Origin: Planctomycetota bacterium
GTDB lineage: Bacteria > Planctomycetota > JAJSAM01 > JAJVHW01
Assembly: GCA_965248445.1 (NCBI GenBank)
Contig: CBDFJG010000004.1
Span: 1,184,001 to 1,248,000, forward strand
Length of the DNA: 64,000 nucleotides
Reading direction: 5' to 3'
Shown: positions 38,565 to 48,033 of the stretch, one piece after another
Numbering within the stretch: the first letter of the stretch is position 1
How the letters are laid out: each line of letters opens with the position of its first letter
Program-made: the position numbers and the translations under genes
The notes under the pieces: generated by a model
Seen by the model: the letters and a program-made list of their open reading frames with translations, nothing else
The model's database searches: none
What the model was told of the DNA's origin: nothing

Positions 38565-40121
38565 ATGAGGACTTCCCGCGCACCTGTTTCAATCGACACG
38601 CTTCTCACGCACCGCGCGTGGGTGCAGCGGCTGGCGCGATCGCTCGTGCACGATCAGGCGTCCGCGGACGACCTGGAACAGAAGGCGTGGCTGGCCGCCT
38701 TGCGCCGTCCTCCGACTCACCAGCCAACCGCCCGGGCATGGCTCGGCCGGGTCGTGCGAAACCTCGCGCGGGATGCGAACCGGTCCGGCGCACGGCGCAC
38801 TCGCCATGAGAGCCTCGCGGCGCGGGCGACTGAGGTCCGCACCACGCCGGAGATCGTGGCCGAAGCGGAGTCGCACCGTCTGGTCGTCCTTGCCGTCCAC
38901 GGACTCGACGAGCCCTATCGCACCGCGGTCTTGCTGCGCTGGTTCGAGAACTTGCCGCCGCGGGAGATCGCCTCACGAACGGGAGTGCCGGCGGAGACGG
39001 TCCGCACGCGGCTCCGCCGCGCACACGGAAGGCTGCGGCAGCGGCTGCAGTCGGACGGTCCGCGCTCGCGCGACTGGGTAGCAGCGCTGGCACCGCTGAT
39101 GGGTCCCGGTTCCGAGTCTGCACCCACATGGATCACGACAGTCACCGCCAAGACCGCGGCGAGCATCGGAGGCGTAGCCATGGGAACGAAGACAGCACTT
39201 GGAGTGGCAGCGGTCGTGATCGTCGGCGCGGCCTTCGTCGGGGGGCGTATCACGGGCGACTCCGACACAGAGTCAGCGCCAGACGAGGCGGCAGCCGAGA
39301 TCGCGGCTCTGCGGAACCGCATCGATCAGCTCGAGCGGGACGAACGACGTCGTGTCGAAACGCACCGGACGCGCACTCCGCGAACGGAGTCAGCGCCCGC
39401 AGCCGACACGCCTGGGATCGCGCCGGACGATCCGCGTCTCGTGGCGCTGGAGAACGCGCTGGACACGATGAAGCAGCAACTCGACGACGCAGAGGCCGCC
39501 AGAGCGGCGCAGAGCGGCACCGGCGCCGCTGCGGCTTCCCGGATGACCCAGCAGGAGCGCGAGGCCCTGCGGGCACTGACCGACGACGAGTTGCTCGGGG
39601 AGCTGCGCAAGCTCGTGTCCTCCGGATCGCGCGGCAAGCAGCTCGACGGCGGTCGAATCGTCGAAATGAGCGAGCTGCTGCTCGGGCGTCCGCTCGACAG
39701 CGGCAGACACTCCGAGACCCTGCGCCAAAAGGGGATCGGTCACCGCGTCCTCGGAGAAGACGAGAACGAGCTGACCGCGTTCCGCGAGGCGGCACGCATC
39801 GCCGGGGCCGGCACTCACGACGCGCGCATGGCCGAGACGCAGCTAGCTTGGTCCGCCGGGAGGCACGGCGATCTGCACGGTGCCGCGCAGGCGTTCCTGC
39901 TCCTGGCCGAAGACACCGACGCCCCCCCGCGCCAGCGCGCGTGGAATCGCTACTACGCCGGATCTCACTTCGAACGGTCTCGCGAGGCCGATCGCGCCAT
40001 CGACGAGTACCGCGTGGTCGTCAACGAGTTCGAGGACGACGACGACCCGAGCGTCGCCATGGCCGTGGGAAGGGCTCGCAAGAGCCTTGAGCGCCTCTCG
40101 AAGTCATCCTCGAGTCGCTGA
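38565..40121 (+). CDS. ECF sigma factor with C-terminal TM, coiled-coil and TPR extension
   Basis: Region 2 (ADDLEQKAW, AWLGRVVRN) and region 4 (EIA..TGVP.ETVRTRLRRA), then a TM helix and helical repeats. Confidence 0.85.
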   Translation: MRTSRAPVSIDTLLTHRAWVQRLARSLVHDQASADDLEQKAWLAALRRPPTHQPTARAWLGRVVRNLARDANRSGARRTRHESLAARATEVRTTPEIVAEAESHRLVVLAVHGLDEPYRTAVLLRWFENLPPREIASRTGVPAETVRTRLRRAHGRLRQRLQSDGPRSRDWVAALAPLMGPGSESAPTWITTVTAKTAASIGGVAMGTKTALGVAAVVIVGAAFVGGRITGDSDTESAPDEAAAEIAALRNRIDQLERDERRRVETHRTRTPRTESAPAADTPGIAPDDPRLVALENALDTMKQQLDDAEAARAAQSGTGAAAASRMTQQEREALRALTDDELLGELRKLVSSGSRGKQLDGGRIVEMSELLLGRPLDSGRHSETLRQKGIGHRVLGEDENELTAFREAARIAGAGTHDARMAETQLAWSAGRHGDLHGAAQAFLLLAEDTDAPPRQRAWNRYYAGSHFERSREADRAIDEYRVVVNEFEDDDDPSVAMAVGRARKSLERLSKSSSSR

Positions 40122-40157
40122 GCGCGCGTCAGCAACACGTCCGACGCGTTCGCGGGT

Positions 40158-41609
40158 TCACTCGCTGACCCCGATCTCGAACCAGGCGAGAACGCTCATG
40201 TCCAGTGCCGCTCCGGCGTTCGCGCCGGTCTCTGCGAGTTCGCGCGAGAAGAGGATCTCGACGTTGCCCGACAGCTCGAGGACGGGGTCGACGCCCGTAC
40301 GCAGGGTCGTCACCCACGCTCCCTCGGTCACGTAGTAGCCCTCTTTCACATCGGCATCGACCGCGCTCGTTTGCACGAAGACCGACTTCTCGACCCAGGT
40401 CTGCTCGGTCACCGACTCCACTGAGCCAACGTGATGGTCGGGGTGGTTTGCGTGCTCGGGATTGTTGGAATCCCAATCGATCTCCCGCCAGTCGGAGTGC
40501 TCCTCGTCCCAGTAGTAGCCCTTCTCGGCGGCGGCCATCGCGTCGTACGCCGCCTTGTTCTCGGCGTCGACCTCGGCGATCTGCTCCGGGGTCATGGACG
40601 AGATGTCGTCGGCCGAAAACGCGGAGCCCTCGACGCCGTCTCCGACGATCACCGCCCCGATCAGCCGCTTGGACTTGCCGCCGCCCGTCAACTTCAGTGC
40701 GCCCCGCACGAGGAGGGTGCCGGTCCAGGTGAAGTCGCCGGAGATGTGGAGGTCGCCGTTGACGACCAGCGTGCCGCTGCCTCCGCTGTTGCCGGCCAGG
40801 TGCAGGTCCCCGTTGCAGACCGTCACCGGCGTGACGCCGGCCGGCGAGTCGAGGCCGAGGTTCTGCCCAGGATAGGTCCCCGGCTGCAGTTCCTCGTAGC
40901 CGCCGGACATCGCGCCGGCGACGAGCACGTCCATGTCCTGGAGTGGTCGCTGCGCGATCGACGGCGAACCGCCCAGACCGAGGATCTGGTCGTGGAGCGC
41001 CGCGGGAAGCTGTGACAGCAGGTCTGCCGTCGGTCCCCCGGTGCCGAGCCCGGGAGCCGGTGCCGAGTTGACGATCACGGCGCCCTCGGCGTCGTGGTCG
41101 CGTCCGTCGATGACGAACGCGTTGCCGCGGATGGCAGTGACCGGCGTGGGCACGTTGAGCAGGATGGCCGACTCGGTCCCACCAGCCGACGCAGGGCCGC
41201 GCACGATCACGCTCGCGCCACGCCGCGTGCCCGCAACCGTCGCAATGCTGGTGATCTCCGTGAAGCGAGCCTCGTCCCCTTCGTCCGTCGCGCCGTCACC
41301 GTCGTCGTCGCGAGAGTTCCCGTCGCCTCGAACGTAGGCAATGACGACGGATCCGCTGCCGGGGACGGTGAGCGATTCGTCGGAGTCGCCGTCGATCCGC
41401 CCACCGTTGCCTCGCACCGACGCGAGTCCCCAGTCGATCCCCGACTCCGCGAGCCCGAACGCCTCGTCGCGATCGAGAGTCTGTTCGGACTCTCTGTGGC
41501 GTGCGAGGGACGGCGCGAGCACGGAGACCGAGACCGCAGCGCACAGCGAGACGATGAGAATCGCGCTGATCAACGCAGTCCCTTCGTCACCGGAGCGAAC
41601 GCGCCTCAC
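40158..41609 (-). CDS. PilX-like minor pilin/pseudopilin
   Basis: GTALISAIL hydrophobic N-terminus, AFGLAESG; GTGA overlap with the upstream gene. Confidence 0.7.
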   Translation of the reverse strand: MRRVRSGDEGTALISAILIVSLCAAVSVSVLAPSLARHRESEQTLDRDEAFGLAESGIDWGLASVRGNGGRIDGDSDESLTVPGSGSVVIAYVRGDGNSRDDDGDGATDEGDEARFTEITSIATVAGTRRGASVIVRGPASAGGTESAILLNVPTPVTAIRGNAFVIDGRDHDAEGAVIVNSAPAPGLGTGGPTADLLSQLPAALHDQILGLGGSPSIAQRPLQDMDVLVAGAMSGGYEELQPGTYPGQNLGLDSPAGVTPVTVCNGDLHLAGNSGGSGTLVVNGDLHISGDFTWTGTLLVRGALKLTGGGKSKRLIGAVIVGDGVEGSAFSADDISSMTPEQIAEVDAENKAAYDAMAAAEKGYYWDEEHSDWREIDWDSNNPEHANHPDHHVGSVESVTEQTWVEKSVFVQTSAVDADVKEGYYVTEGAWVTTLRTGVDPVLELSGNVEILFSRELAETGANAGAALDMSVLAWFEIGVSE

Positions 41610-42034
41610 TGTTCCGCCCCCCCCCCGCCGGTGGACTCGACGGCCGCGTCGCTCGATACGAAGATCGTCCTGGTCATCATGTCGGATGCGGCGTCCAGCG
41701 GGTCGGCGAGACGCACACGGATCTGAAAGACCGGGGCGTCCGGGCTCGTGCCGATCTCGAGGACCTCGAAACGCGCGGTCGTCGTCTCTCCGCCAACGTG
41801 CGCGTCCCTCTCGACATCGGACCACGTCGTGGCGAGGTCCTCGAAGGGGGTGGCCCGGATCTCCTCGGTCAGCGACTGGACAGCCCGGGCGGCTTGGCGC
41901 TTGTTCGTGACCGTGGTGTTCAGGCGGACCGAAGCGAGGACGCTGGCCGCCACACCGAGGGTCGCCCCGGTGAGGATGGTCACGGTCATCGCCAGTTCGA
42001 CTAGCGAGAAGCCTGAGTTTCGATTTCTTCGCAC
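41606..42034 (-). CDS. Prepilin-type N-terminal cleavage/methylation protein
   Basis: GGAGG RBS; MRRNRNSG/FSLVE type IV pilin signal. Confidence 0.8.
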   Translation of the reverse strand: MRRNRNSGFSLVELAMTVTILTGATLGVAASVLASVRLNTTVTNKRQAARAVQSLTEEIRATPFEDLATTWSDVERDAHVGGETTTARFEVLEIGTSPDAPVFQIRVRLADPLDAASDMMTRTIFVSSDAAVESTGGGGAEQ

Positions 42035-42187
42035 GTGGCCGACCTCCGCGCGCACCATCTGCGGTGCAAAAGGACCCGTCGGGCACTGTGTCTTTAGGCG
42101 GCATCTGCCGTCGGTATAGGCCGCGCGGCCTGTTCTGCACCGCTCCGCCCCTCGCTCAGCCTGCACAGCCGCCGGCGCCCGGAGCCG

Positions 42188-42955
42188 CTACGCCGGAGTG
42201 TCGCGAATCGCGACAGCGCGCGCGGCGACTAAGTCCGTCTCCTGGGAGTTCATGATGACGGGCATCCTGAACTTCCAAGTGCTCCAGAGTTCCGCGGCTT
42301 CGATCAGCTCCGTCATGAAGTGCGCGACGTTCGCTCTCGTCGCGGGACGGCCGGAGAAGATGCCCGTAGTCGGGGATTCCACGATGTCGTAGGGAGAGAC
42401 GTCAGCGTCGCCCAACGAGTCTGGTCGGACACTGCACCACTCGATGTGCCGGTTCTCGGTCCCGACGCTCCGATACAGGTACTCAGCCGCCGTTTCATTG
42501 TCCCGGTGCGGAGGCACGGTGTAGCGCAGGAGCGTAAGGAGTCCCCGCTCGAACCAACTTCGCTTCTCGCCGAGACCGGGGTTCTTGACCCCGACCGTGT
42601 TCATGAGAATGAACTTGGTGGGTCTTGGCGCATCGTTCACTTCGATGGCGTCGCACAGACGTCGCGTTGCCTCTGTGCACAGTTGCCGCGGAGCTCCGAA
42701 TATCCCCTTGAAGCTCACGACGTGTCCCAGACACGAGACAACGGCATCGCACTCGCTCACTTGCTCCGCCATCTCCTCGTCGGTCAAGTCGAGCACACTT
42801 GCCACCGTGACCGTGATGTTCGGGCTCTCCAAGACCTCGGCGGGGAGCCTGTCTCTGGACCTGACAACCACGCGAACTCTGTAGTTCTTGCGCAGCAGTT
42901 GCTCGACCAGGGATCGCCCTGTCTTGCCCGTCGCTCCAACTACCAGCGTGATCAT
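42188..42955 (-). CDS. NAD(P)-binding atypical SDR oxidoreductase
   Basis: AGGAGG RBS; MITLVVGATGKTG, DAVVSCLG, VRP, RANVAHFM. Confidence 0.85.
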   Translation of the reverse strand: MITLVVGATGKTGRSLVEQLLRKNYRVRVVVRSRDRLPAEVLESPNITVTVASVLDLTDEEMAEQVSECDAVVSCLGHVVSFKGIFGAPRQLCTEATRRLCDAIEVNDAPRPTKFILMNTVGVKNPGLGEKRSWFERGLLTLLRYTVPPHRDNETAAEYLYRSVGTENRHIEWCSVRPDSLGDADVSPYDIVESPTTGIFSGRPATRANVAHFMTELIEAAELWSTWKFRMPVIMNSQETDLVAARAVAIRDTPA

Positions 42956-43103
42956 CCGTCGTGTCCTCCTTGCGCCCGTCCTCAACATTGCAGAGGGTAC
43001 GGTCAGCACGAATCGGCCGCTCCCAGGCGAAGGAGTGCCGCAAGACACGCGACCCACGCCTCGCCAACCGTCGCGCACGGGTGTCGCGGATCTGCATGGG
43101 CGC

Positions 43104-43273
43104 GGCGACTGGATTCGAACCGAGCGAAGCGAGGACGCCGAGGTGCGCGACCGAGCAGTCACGCGCTGGTGACTCTCGAACGCCGCGCACCGAAGGACAA
43201 CCGGCGACCATCTGGCGCCCGGGGGCTCGATGCCCCCGGGCCCGGAGGGTCGCGAGGCTCGAATCCAGTCGCC
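43104..43273. repeat. 170-bp palindromic element bounded by tRNA-Pro T-arm-derived inverted repeats
   Basis: ggcgactggattcgaacc (43104-43121) versus ggctcgaatccagtcgcc (43256-43273); internal hairpins. Confidence 0.7.
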
Positions 43274-43319
43274 CCGGTCGTGGCCACCTGGTGGGGCACG
43301 CCCGTTCCCCCTCGGGCTG

Positions 43320-43368
43320 CAATGGTCGGGGCGACTGGATTCGAACCAGCGACCTCATCCACCCCAAG
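43320..43368 (-). repeat. att duplication of the tRNA-Pro 3' half (49 bp identical to 47568-47616)
   Basis: caatggtcggggcgactggattcgaaccagcgacctcatccaccccaag. Confidence 0.92.
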
Positions 43369-43699
43369 CTCAGGCTAGGCTTGCGGCCCGCTGCGAATGT
43401 AAGTCGTTGCGTCGCATTCGGATGCGACACGTTGCACCAGATTGTACTCCGCACGGGTAGTGCTACCCATCTCGGGTCAACCGCTCCGGTCGTCCGAACT
43501 GCACGAGCGCTCGTTCCCGTCGGAGGACCTGCCGAGGGTCGGACTCTGCAACGCGACCCCGCTTCACACACGGTGTCCCGCGCGATCCGGGCGCGGTGCG
43601 CTCACGATTGCGCACGGGCAATGCGCCCCGGGCTCTCGCTACTCTCCCTCTGGCCGCGCAGACCGCGCGGCGGGAGCGTGGGGGAGGAGTGATGCGGAT

Positions 43700-44791
43700 A
43701 GGGGCTCCCCCCTTCGCTCAGGTTGAGCGCCCGATCGGGTGACTAACATCGCACTTACAAGGAGGTGTGATGACCGGTGCCATGATCCCCTTTGCGCGCG
43801 ACGACTCGCTGCCGGGCACACTCGCCGAGTTTGTCGTGAGGTTCTCCGACGAAGATCGGTGTGCAGCCCTGCTGCGCCGGTGGAAGTACGGCGAGGGCGG
43901 CTTCCGCTGTCCAGCGTGCGGCGGCGAGGAGGCGTGGTTCCTGCCGTCACGCCGGCTCGACGAGTGTTGTGCCTGCCACAAGCAGGTTTCGCTCACCGCC
44001 GGCACCGTCATGCACGGGTCTCGCAAGCCGCTACGGCTGTGGTTCCTGGCCATGTATCTGTTCGTGTCGAGCAAGCGAGGCATCTCCGCACTCGAGCTGC
44101 AGCGCGAGCTTGGACTGGCCAAGTACCAGACCGCTTGGACATGGCTGCACAAGTTGCGAAACGCCATCGCGATGCGATCCACCGCGCCGCTGCGCGGACA
44201 CCTCGAGATCGACGAGACCTGGGAAGGCGGACTGCGACATGGCCGGCCGGGGCGTCCCAAGGTCGGCGACCGCAGCGCGCTGGTCATGGGAGCCGTCGAG
44301 ATCTCACCGCGTCACGCCCTCATCGGTCGCATCCGTCTCGAATCCATCGCCGATGGTTCGGCTGACACGGTCAAGGCGTTCCTCGAGCAGCACGTCGCCG
44401 CACGCTCAGTGCTGTTCACCGACGACTGGCGTAGCTATCGAAAGCCGGCTGACGACTTGGAGCACGACCATCGACCGACCAACGTGTCGAAGTCCGACGA
44501 CGAGGCACACGTTGTGCTACCTGCGATCCACCGCGTCTTCTCGCTGCTCCATCGCGTGCTCTTGGGCACGTTCCAGGGCGGCGTGCGACGCAAGTACCTC
44601 CCCAGCTACCTGGCGGAGTTCGAGTTCCGGTTCAACCGACGCACATCGAAGCGACGTGGACTGCTGTTCCAACGACTACTCGCCTGCGCCGTGCGGCGAT
44701 GCCCTCCCTTCCACTGGGAGATCGTTGGGCGAACCGATGCGCGCACGCCACTCGCCGCCGCAGCCTGACCTGAGTGAAGAGGGGATCCCCT
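43700..44791 (+). mobile_element. IS1595-family element with 24-bp IRs and 8-bp TSD
   Basis: IR aggggctccccccttcgctcaggt / acctgagtgaagaggggatcccct; TSD ATGCGGAT at 43692-43699 and 44792-44799. Confidence 0.93.
43767..44768 (+). CDS. IS1595-family (ISXO2-like) transposase
   Basis: Zn ribbon CPACG...CCACHKQVSLTAGT, EIDET, TDDW..Y, YLAEFEFRFNRR. Confidence 0.93.
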   Translation: MMTGAMIPFARDDSLPGTLAEFVVRFSDEDRCAALLRRWKYGEGGFRCPACGGEEAWFLPSRRLDECCACHKQVSLTAGTVMHGSRKPLRLWFLAMYLFVSSKRGISALELQRELGLAKYQTAWTWLHKLRNAIAMRSTAPLRGHLEIDETWEGGLRHGRPGRPKVGDRSALVMGAVEISPRHALIGRIRLESIADGSADTVKAFLEQHVAARSVLFTDDWRSYRKPADDLEHDHRPTNVSKSDDEAHVVLPAIHRVFSLLHRVLLGTFQGGVRRKYLPSYLAEFEFRFNRRTSKRRGLLFQRLLACAVRRCPPFHWEIVGRTDARTPLAAAA

Positions 44792-47329
44792 ATGCGGATT
44801 TCTCGGAAGAGTTCCTTCGTCGCGACGGCGGCGACCGTCCTCCTGTGCGCGAGCGTGGCCGGCGGCGTCGGCACAATCGTCACGACGTGCGCGGTCATCG
44901 ACGCGGGCACCGCCACCAACCAGGGCATCGTCACGATCGACGAGTGCGCCCCGCCGGCCACGCCCCCGCCAAAGCCCTCGCTGGGCGTCCTGACGACGCA
45001 GGGCGCGATCGATGGCCCGCTCCCGGCCAAACCGAGCACCGGTGACGGTTCGCTCGGCGCGGTGTCTCTCGCCAGCTCGCAGACGCTCCCGGGCGGCACG
45101 TACAACTACACCGACTTAGACATCACCGGCGGCGCGACGATCTCCTACTCCGGACCGGTGACGATCCTCGCCACCGGCTCGGTGAACGTCGCGGGCATCA
45201 TCGACATGAACGTCGCGGGCGACCTCGCCATCGTCGCCGGCGACGAGATCAAGATCCTCAGCATGGACGGAGCGCCGGTCACCGGCGTGTTCCACTTCTC
45301 GGTCGGAAACGTGCGGCTCGAGGCGGACCGCGTCGAGATCGGGGTGGAACTGGTCGCACCCGTCACAAGTGCCACTCCGAACGTCGCGGAGGTCCGCAGC
45401 AACCAAGGAGACACGGTCATCCGGTCGCACGGTTCCGACCCGGGCAACCACGCCATCGACATTGCGGACTCGTCCATCAACGTCGCGGACGGCGGCAACA
45501 TCCTGATGCAGTCCTCGACGCGCATCGACGTGTTCACGTCGCTGATCGACACGAGCTTCGGCTCGGTGACGGTCCAGGCGTTCGGTGACGACGTGCGGTA
45601 CTCCGGCTCCGAGAGCTACTCCCGGGACGGGGACACGATCGTCGAGTCCTCGAACGACGTCACGCTGCAGAACGCGACGATCGTCGAGGCCATCCACGGG
45701 GAACTGCGGATCGAGGCTTTCGACGGGGACGTCACCTTCGACGAGGCGGCGGCGTCGGCCGACGACGGCGTGGCGGTCGGGAACGGGAGCGGAACGGGCA
45801 GCATCATCGTCGCCGCCGCGGAGTTCGTGGACCTCAACAACGACTCGTTCATCACATCGGACGGCACGGGCGGTGTCCGCGTGACCGCCCACGGCGGCGA
45901 TGTCGTGCTCGAACGGAGCGGCTCCACGGGACAGTCGTACATCGAGTGCGTGCGGAGGGGCGACGTGCTGGTCGAGGCGTCCGAGAACGTGCGCCTCTAC
46001 GGATCCAGCTACTTGCGGACGCCACGGGACATCAGGGCGGTCGCCTTCGGCGGCGAGGTGCTGCTCCAGGGCCAGCCGTTCATCGACGGGAGCGAGGTCC
46101 TGGTGGGTGCGTCGAACGCGATCGTCGCCCAACAGGACGGTCCGCCGCCCTTGATTCGGGGAGCAGGGGTCGATCTCGTCGCGGGCTCCGGCGGGATCAA
46201 CCTGCAGGCGAGCGTCATGGCGGACGACGGCGACTTCGACCTCAGCATGATCTGCGACGGCGACATCTTCCTGGAGGGATCGGCGGAGGGCAGCGGCGGA
46301 GCCAGTGTCTCGCTGACTTCGGTGGACGGCGACATCCTGGTCATCGACGCGATGGTGACGACGCTCAGCGGAGTGGGGGCACGGTCCGGCAGCGTCCGGC
46401 TCAGGAGCTTCGGCGGCAGCGGGGCACTGATCGACGCGACCAACGCCACCATCACATCCGGCGACGCGTCGTTCAGCAGCGGCGACGTGTCGCTGCTGAT
46501 CCACGGAGGCGGGACGATCCAGTCGTTCGTGCTGCCCAAGACTGTCAAGGTCAAGATCAACGAGAACAGGCCGGAGAAGTCGAAGGTCAACGCAGCCGGT
46601 TTCTTCGACACGGGCCCGGCTCTCGCTTCGCTCGCAGGACCTGCCACCGTCAAGGTCGGCGACCTCGAGTACACCGCGAACCTCGAGCCCAGCAAGAACG
46701 GCAAGAGCTTTCTGTTCAAGTCGGGCGGTGCGCGGCTGCAGATCAAGCCGAACCGCTCCGGCAGTTCCCGCGCGAAGTTCAAGCTGACGATCACCGACGA
46801 CCTCATGGGCGACGTCCCCGACGAGGGCAACATCACGCTCGAGTTCGAGACGGCATCGGCCAACGGGATGGGCACCGTGGAACTCGAGCGCGGCAAGTAC
46901 AAGCTCGGCAAGCGCCGCGGCCTGCTCAGCGAACCGAACGTCTTCCCGTTCAAGGTGAAGCAAGTGCACAAGGGCGACGGCAAGGACGTGCTGTCGATCC
47001 TGGCGGGCCTCGCCACCGGGGGCGGCACGCCCGACAACGCACCGGACGTGACGATCTCGCTCGGCGGCGTCTTCCAGGCGACCGTCCCGGGTGACGAGTT
47101 CACGCGGAAGGGCGACGTCTATATCGCGAAGCACCCGCCGTCGGCACCCGGCGTCTCGAAGCTGCAGATCAACTTCCTGAGGGAGCAGGTCAGTCTGAAG
47201 GCCAAGGGACTGACGCTCGGAGCGCGGCCGGACGAGGGCCCGTACAACATCGAAGTCACCGTGGACAACGAGACCCGCGGCGTCGACATCCGCATGTCGC
47301 CCTCGAACGCCCGCACCATCAAGTACTGA
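44792..47329 (+). CDS. Secreted beta-solenoid surface protein (845 aa)
   Basis: Signal peptide MRISRKSSFVATAATVLLCASVAGG; A-F/H-GGDV repeats; Lys-rich C-terminal beta domains. Confidence 0.8.
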   Translation: MRISRKSSFVATAATVLLCASVAGGVGTIVTTCAVIDAGTATNQGIVTIDECAPPATPPPKPSLGVLTTQGAIDGPLPAKPSTGDGSLGAVSLASSQTLPGGTYNYTDLDITGGATISYSGPVTILATGSVNVAGIIDMNVAGDLAIVAGDEIKILSMDGAPVTGVFHFSVGNVRLEADRVEIGVELVAPVTSATPNVAEVRSNQGDTVIRSHGSDPGNHAIDIADSSINVADGGNILMQSSTRIDVFTSLIDTSFGSVTVQAFGDDVRYSGSESYSRDGDTIVESSNDVTLQNATIVEAIHGELRIEAFDGDVTFDEAAASADDGVAVGNGSGTGSIIVAAAEFVDLNNDSFITSDGTGGVRVTAHGGDVVLERSGSTGQSYIECVRRGDVLVEASENVRLYGSSYLRTPRDIRAVAFGGEVLLQGQPFIDGSEVLVGASNAIVAQQDGPPPLIRGAGVDLVAGSGGINLQASVMADDGDFDLSMICDGDIFLEGSAEGSGGASVSLTSVDGDILVIDAMVTTLSGVGARSGSVRLRSFGGSGALIDATNATITSGDASFSSGDVSLLIHGGGTIQSFVLPKTVKVKINENRPEKSKVNAAGFFDTGPALASLAGPATVKVGDLEYTANLEPSKNGKSFLFKSGGARLQIKPNRSGSSRAKFKLTITDDLMGDVPDEGNITLEFETASANGMGTVELERGKYKLGKRRGLLSEPNVFPFKVKQVHKGDGKDVLSILAGLATGGGTPDNAPDVTISLGGVFQATVPGDEFTRKGDVYIAKHPPSAPGVSKLQINFLREQVSLKAKGLTLGARPDEGPYNIEVTVDNETRGVDIRMSPSNARTIKY

Positions 47330-47570
47330 CCGCGGGCGTCGAGGCCCTCGATCCGCACACGGGCAATCCGCCCGGGGCTCCCGCTGTCCTCCCACCGTGC
47401 CTCGCGGTCGGGCGCTGTGATGACCTTCGGTCGGAGGTGGAAGCCGACATCTGCGATCGTCACTCCGCTGTCGCGCTCGCCGAGAGCATGAGGTCGAGGC
47501 CTGGGCGAAGGAGTGCCTCGGTGACGTGCGTTCCGCGGAGACAGCGGGTAGCCGCCGTACGAGTTGTCAA

Positions 47571-47648
47571 TGGTCGGGGCGACTGGATTCGAACCAGCGA
47601 CCTCATCCACCCCAAGGATGCGCGCTATCCAGGCTGCGCCACGCCCCG
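47571..47648 (-). tRNA. tRNA-Pro(GGG)
   Basis: Full cloverleaf CGGGGCG...CATCC-TTGGGGT-GGATG...GGTTCGAATCC...CGCCCCG-ACCA. Confidence 0.96.
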
Positions 47649-47905
47649 ACCGAGATCGCGCGGATCGACCCGACGATGTGCCGGGAGCCGGGTCCGCGCC
47701 CCCGTCCGCGGCGTCTCCGCCGAGTGATCGGCGGGCCCGGACAGGGATCTCCCGGGCGCGCGAAGGGGACGGGGAGAATAGCGCCGGTCCGACCCCCGCA
47801 AGCCAGAAAGAGCGCCGCCCGGCGGAGTGCCGGACCCCCCCGCCCCCGGGGGACTTCGAGGCCCCCGCCAAGACTGCTATCTTCTGCGGCTTCACGCGCG
47901 CGCGT

Positions 47906-47974
47906 GGGGTGAGCGACGGTGCCGCGCAGCGGCAGTCGAAGCCTCCGGTGGAGGGTTCGACAGGAGCGAACGCG
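47906..47974. repeat. 69-nt structured intergenic element, copy 1
   Basis: Gap-free 54/69 match to 63380-63448 with compensatory stem changes. Confidence 0.75.
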
Positions 47975-48033
47975 AGGCAGCGGGCCACGGGCCGATGCCG
48001 AAGTGGCACGCGAGGCAGAGCGAGGTACCGACG

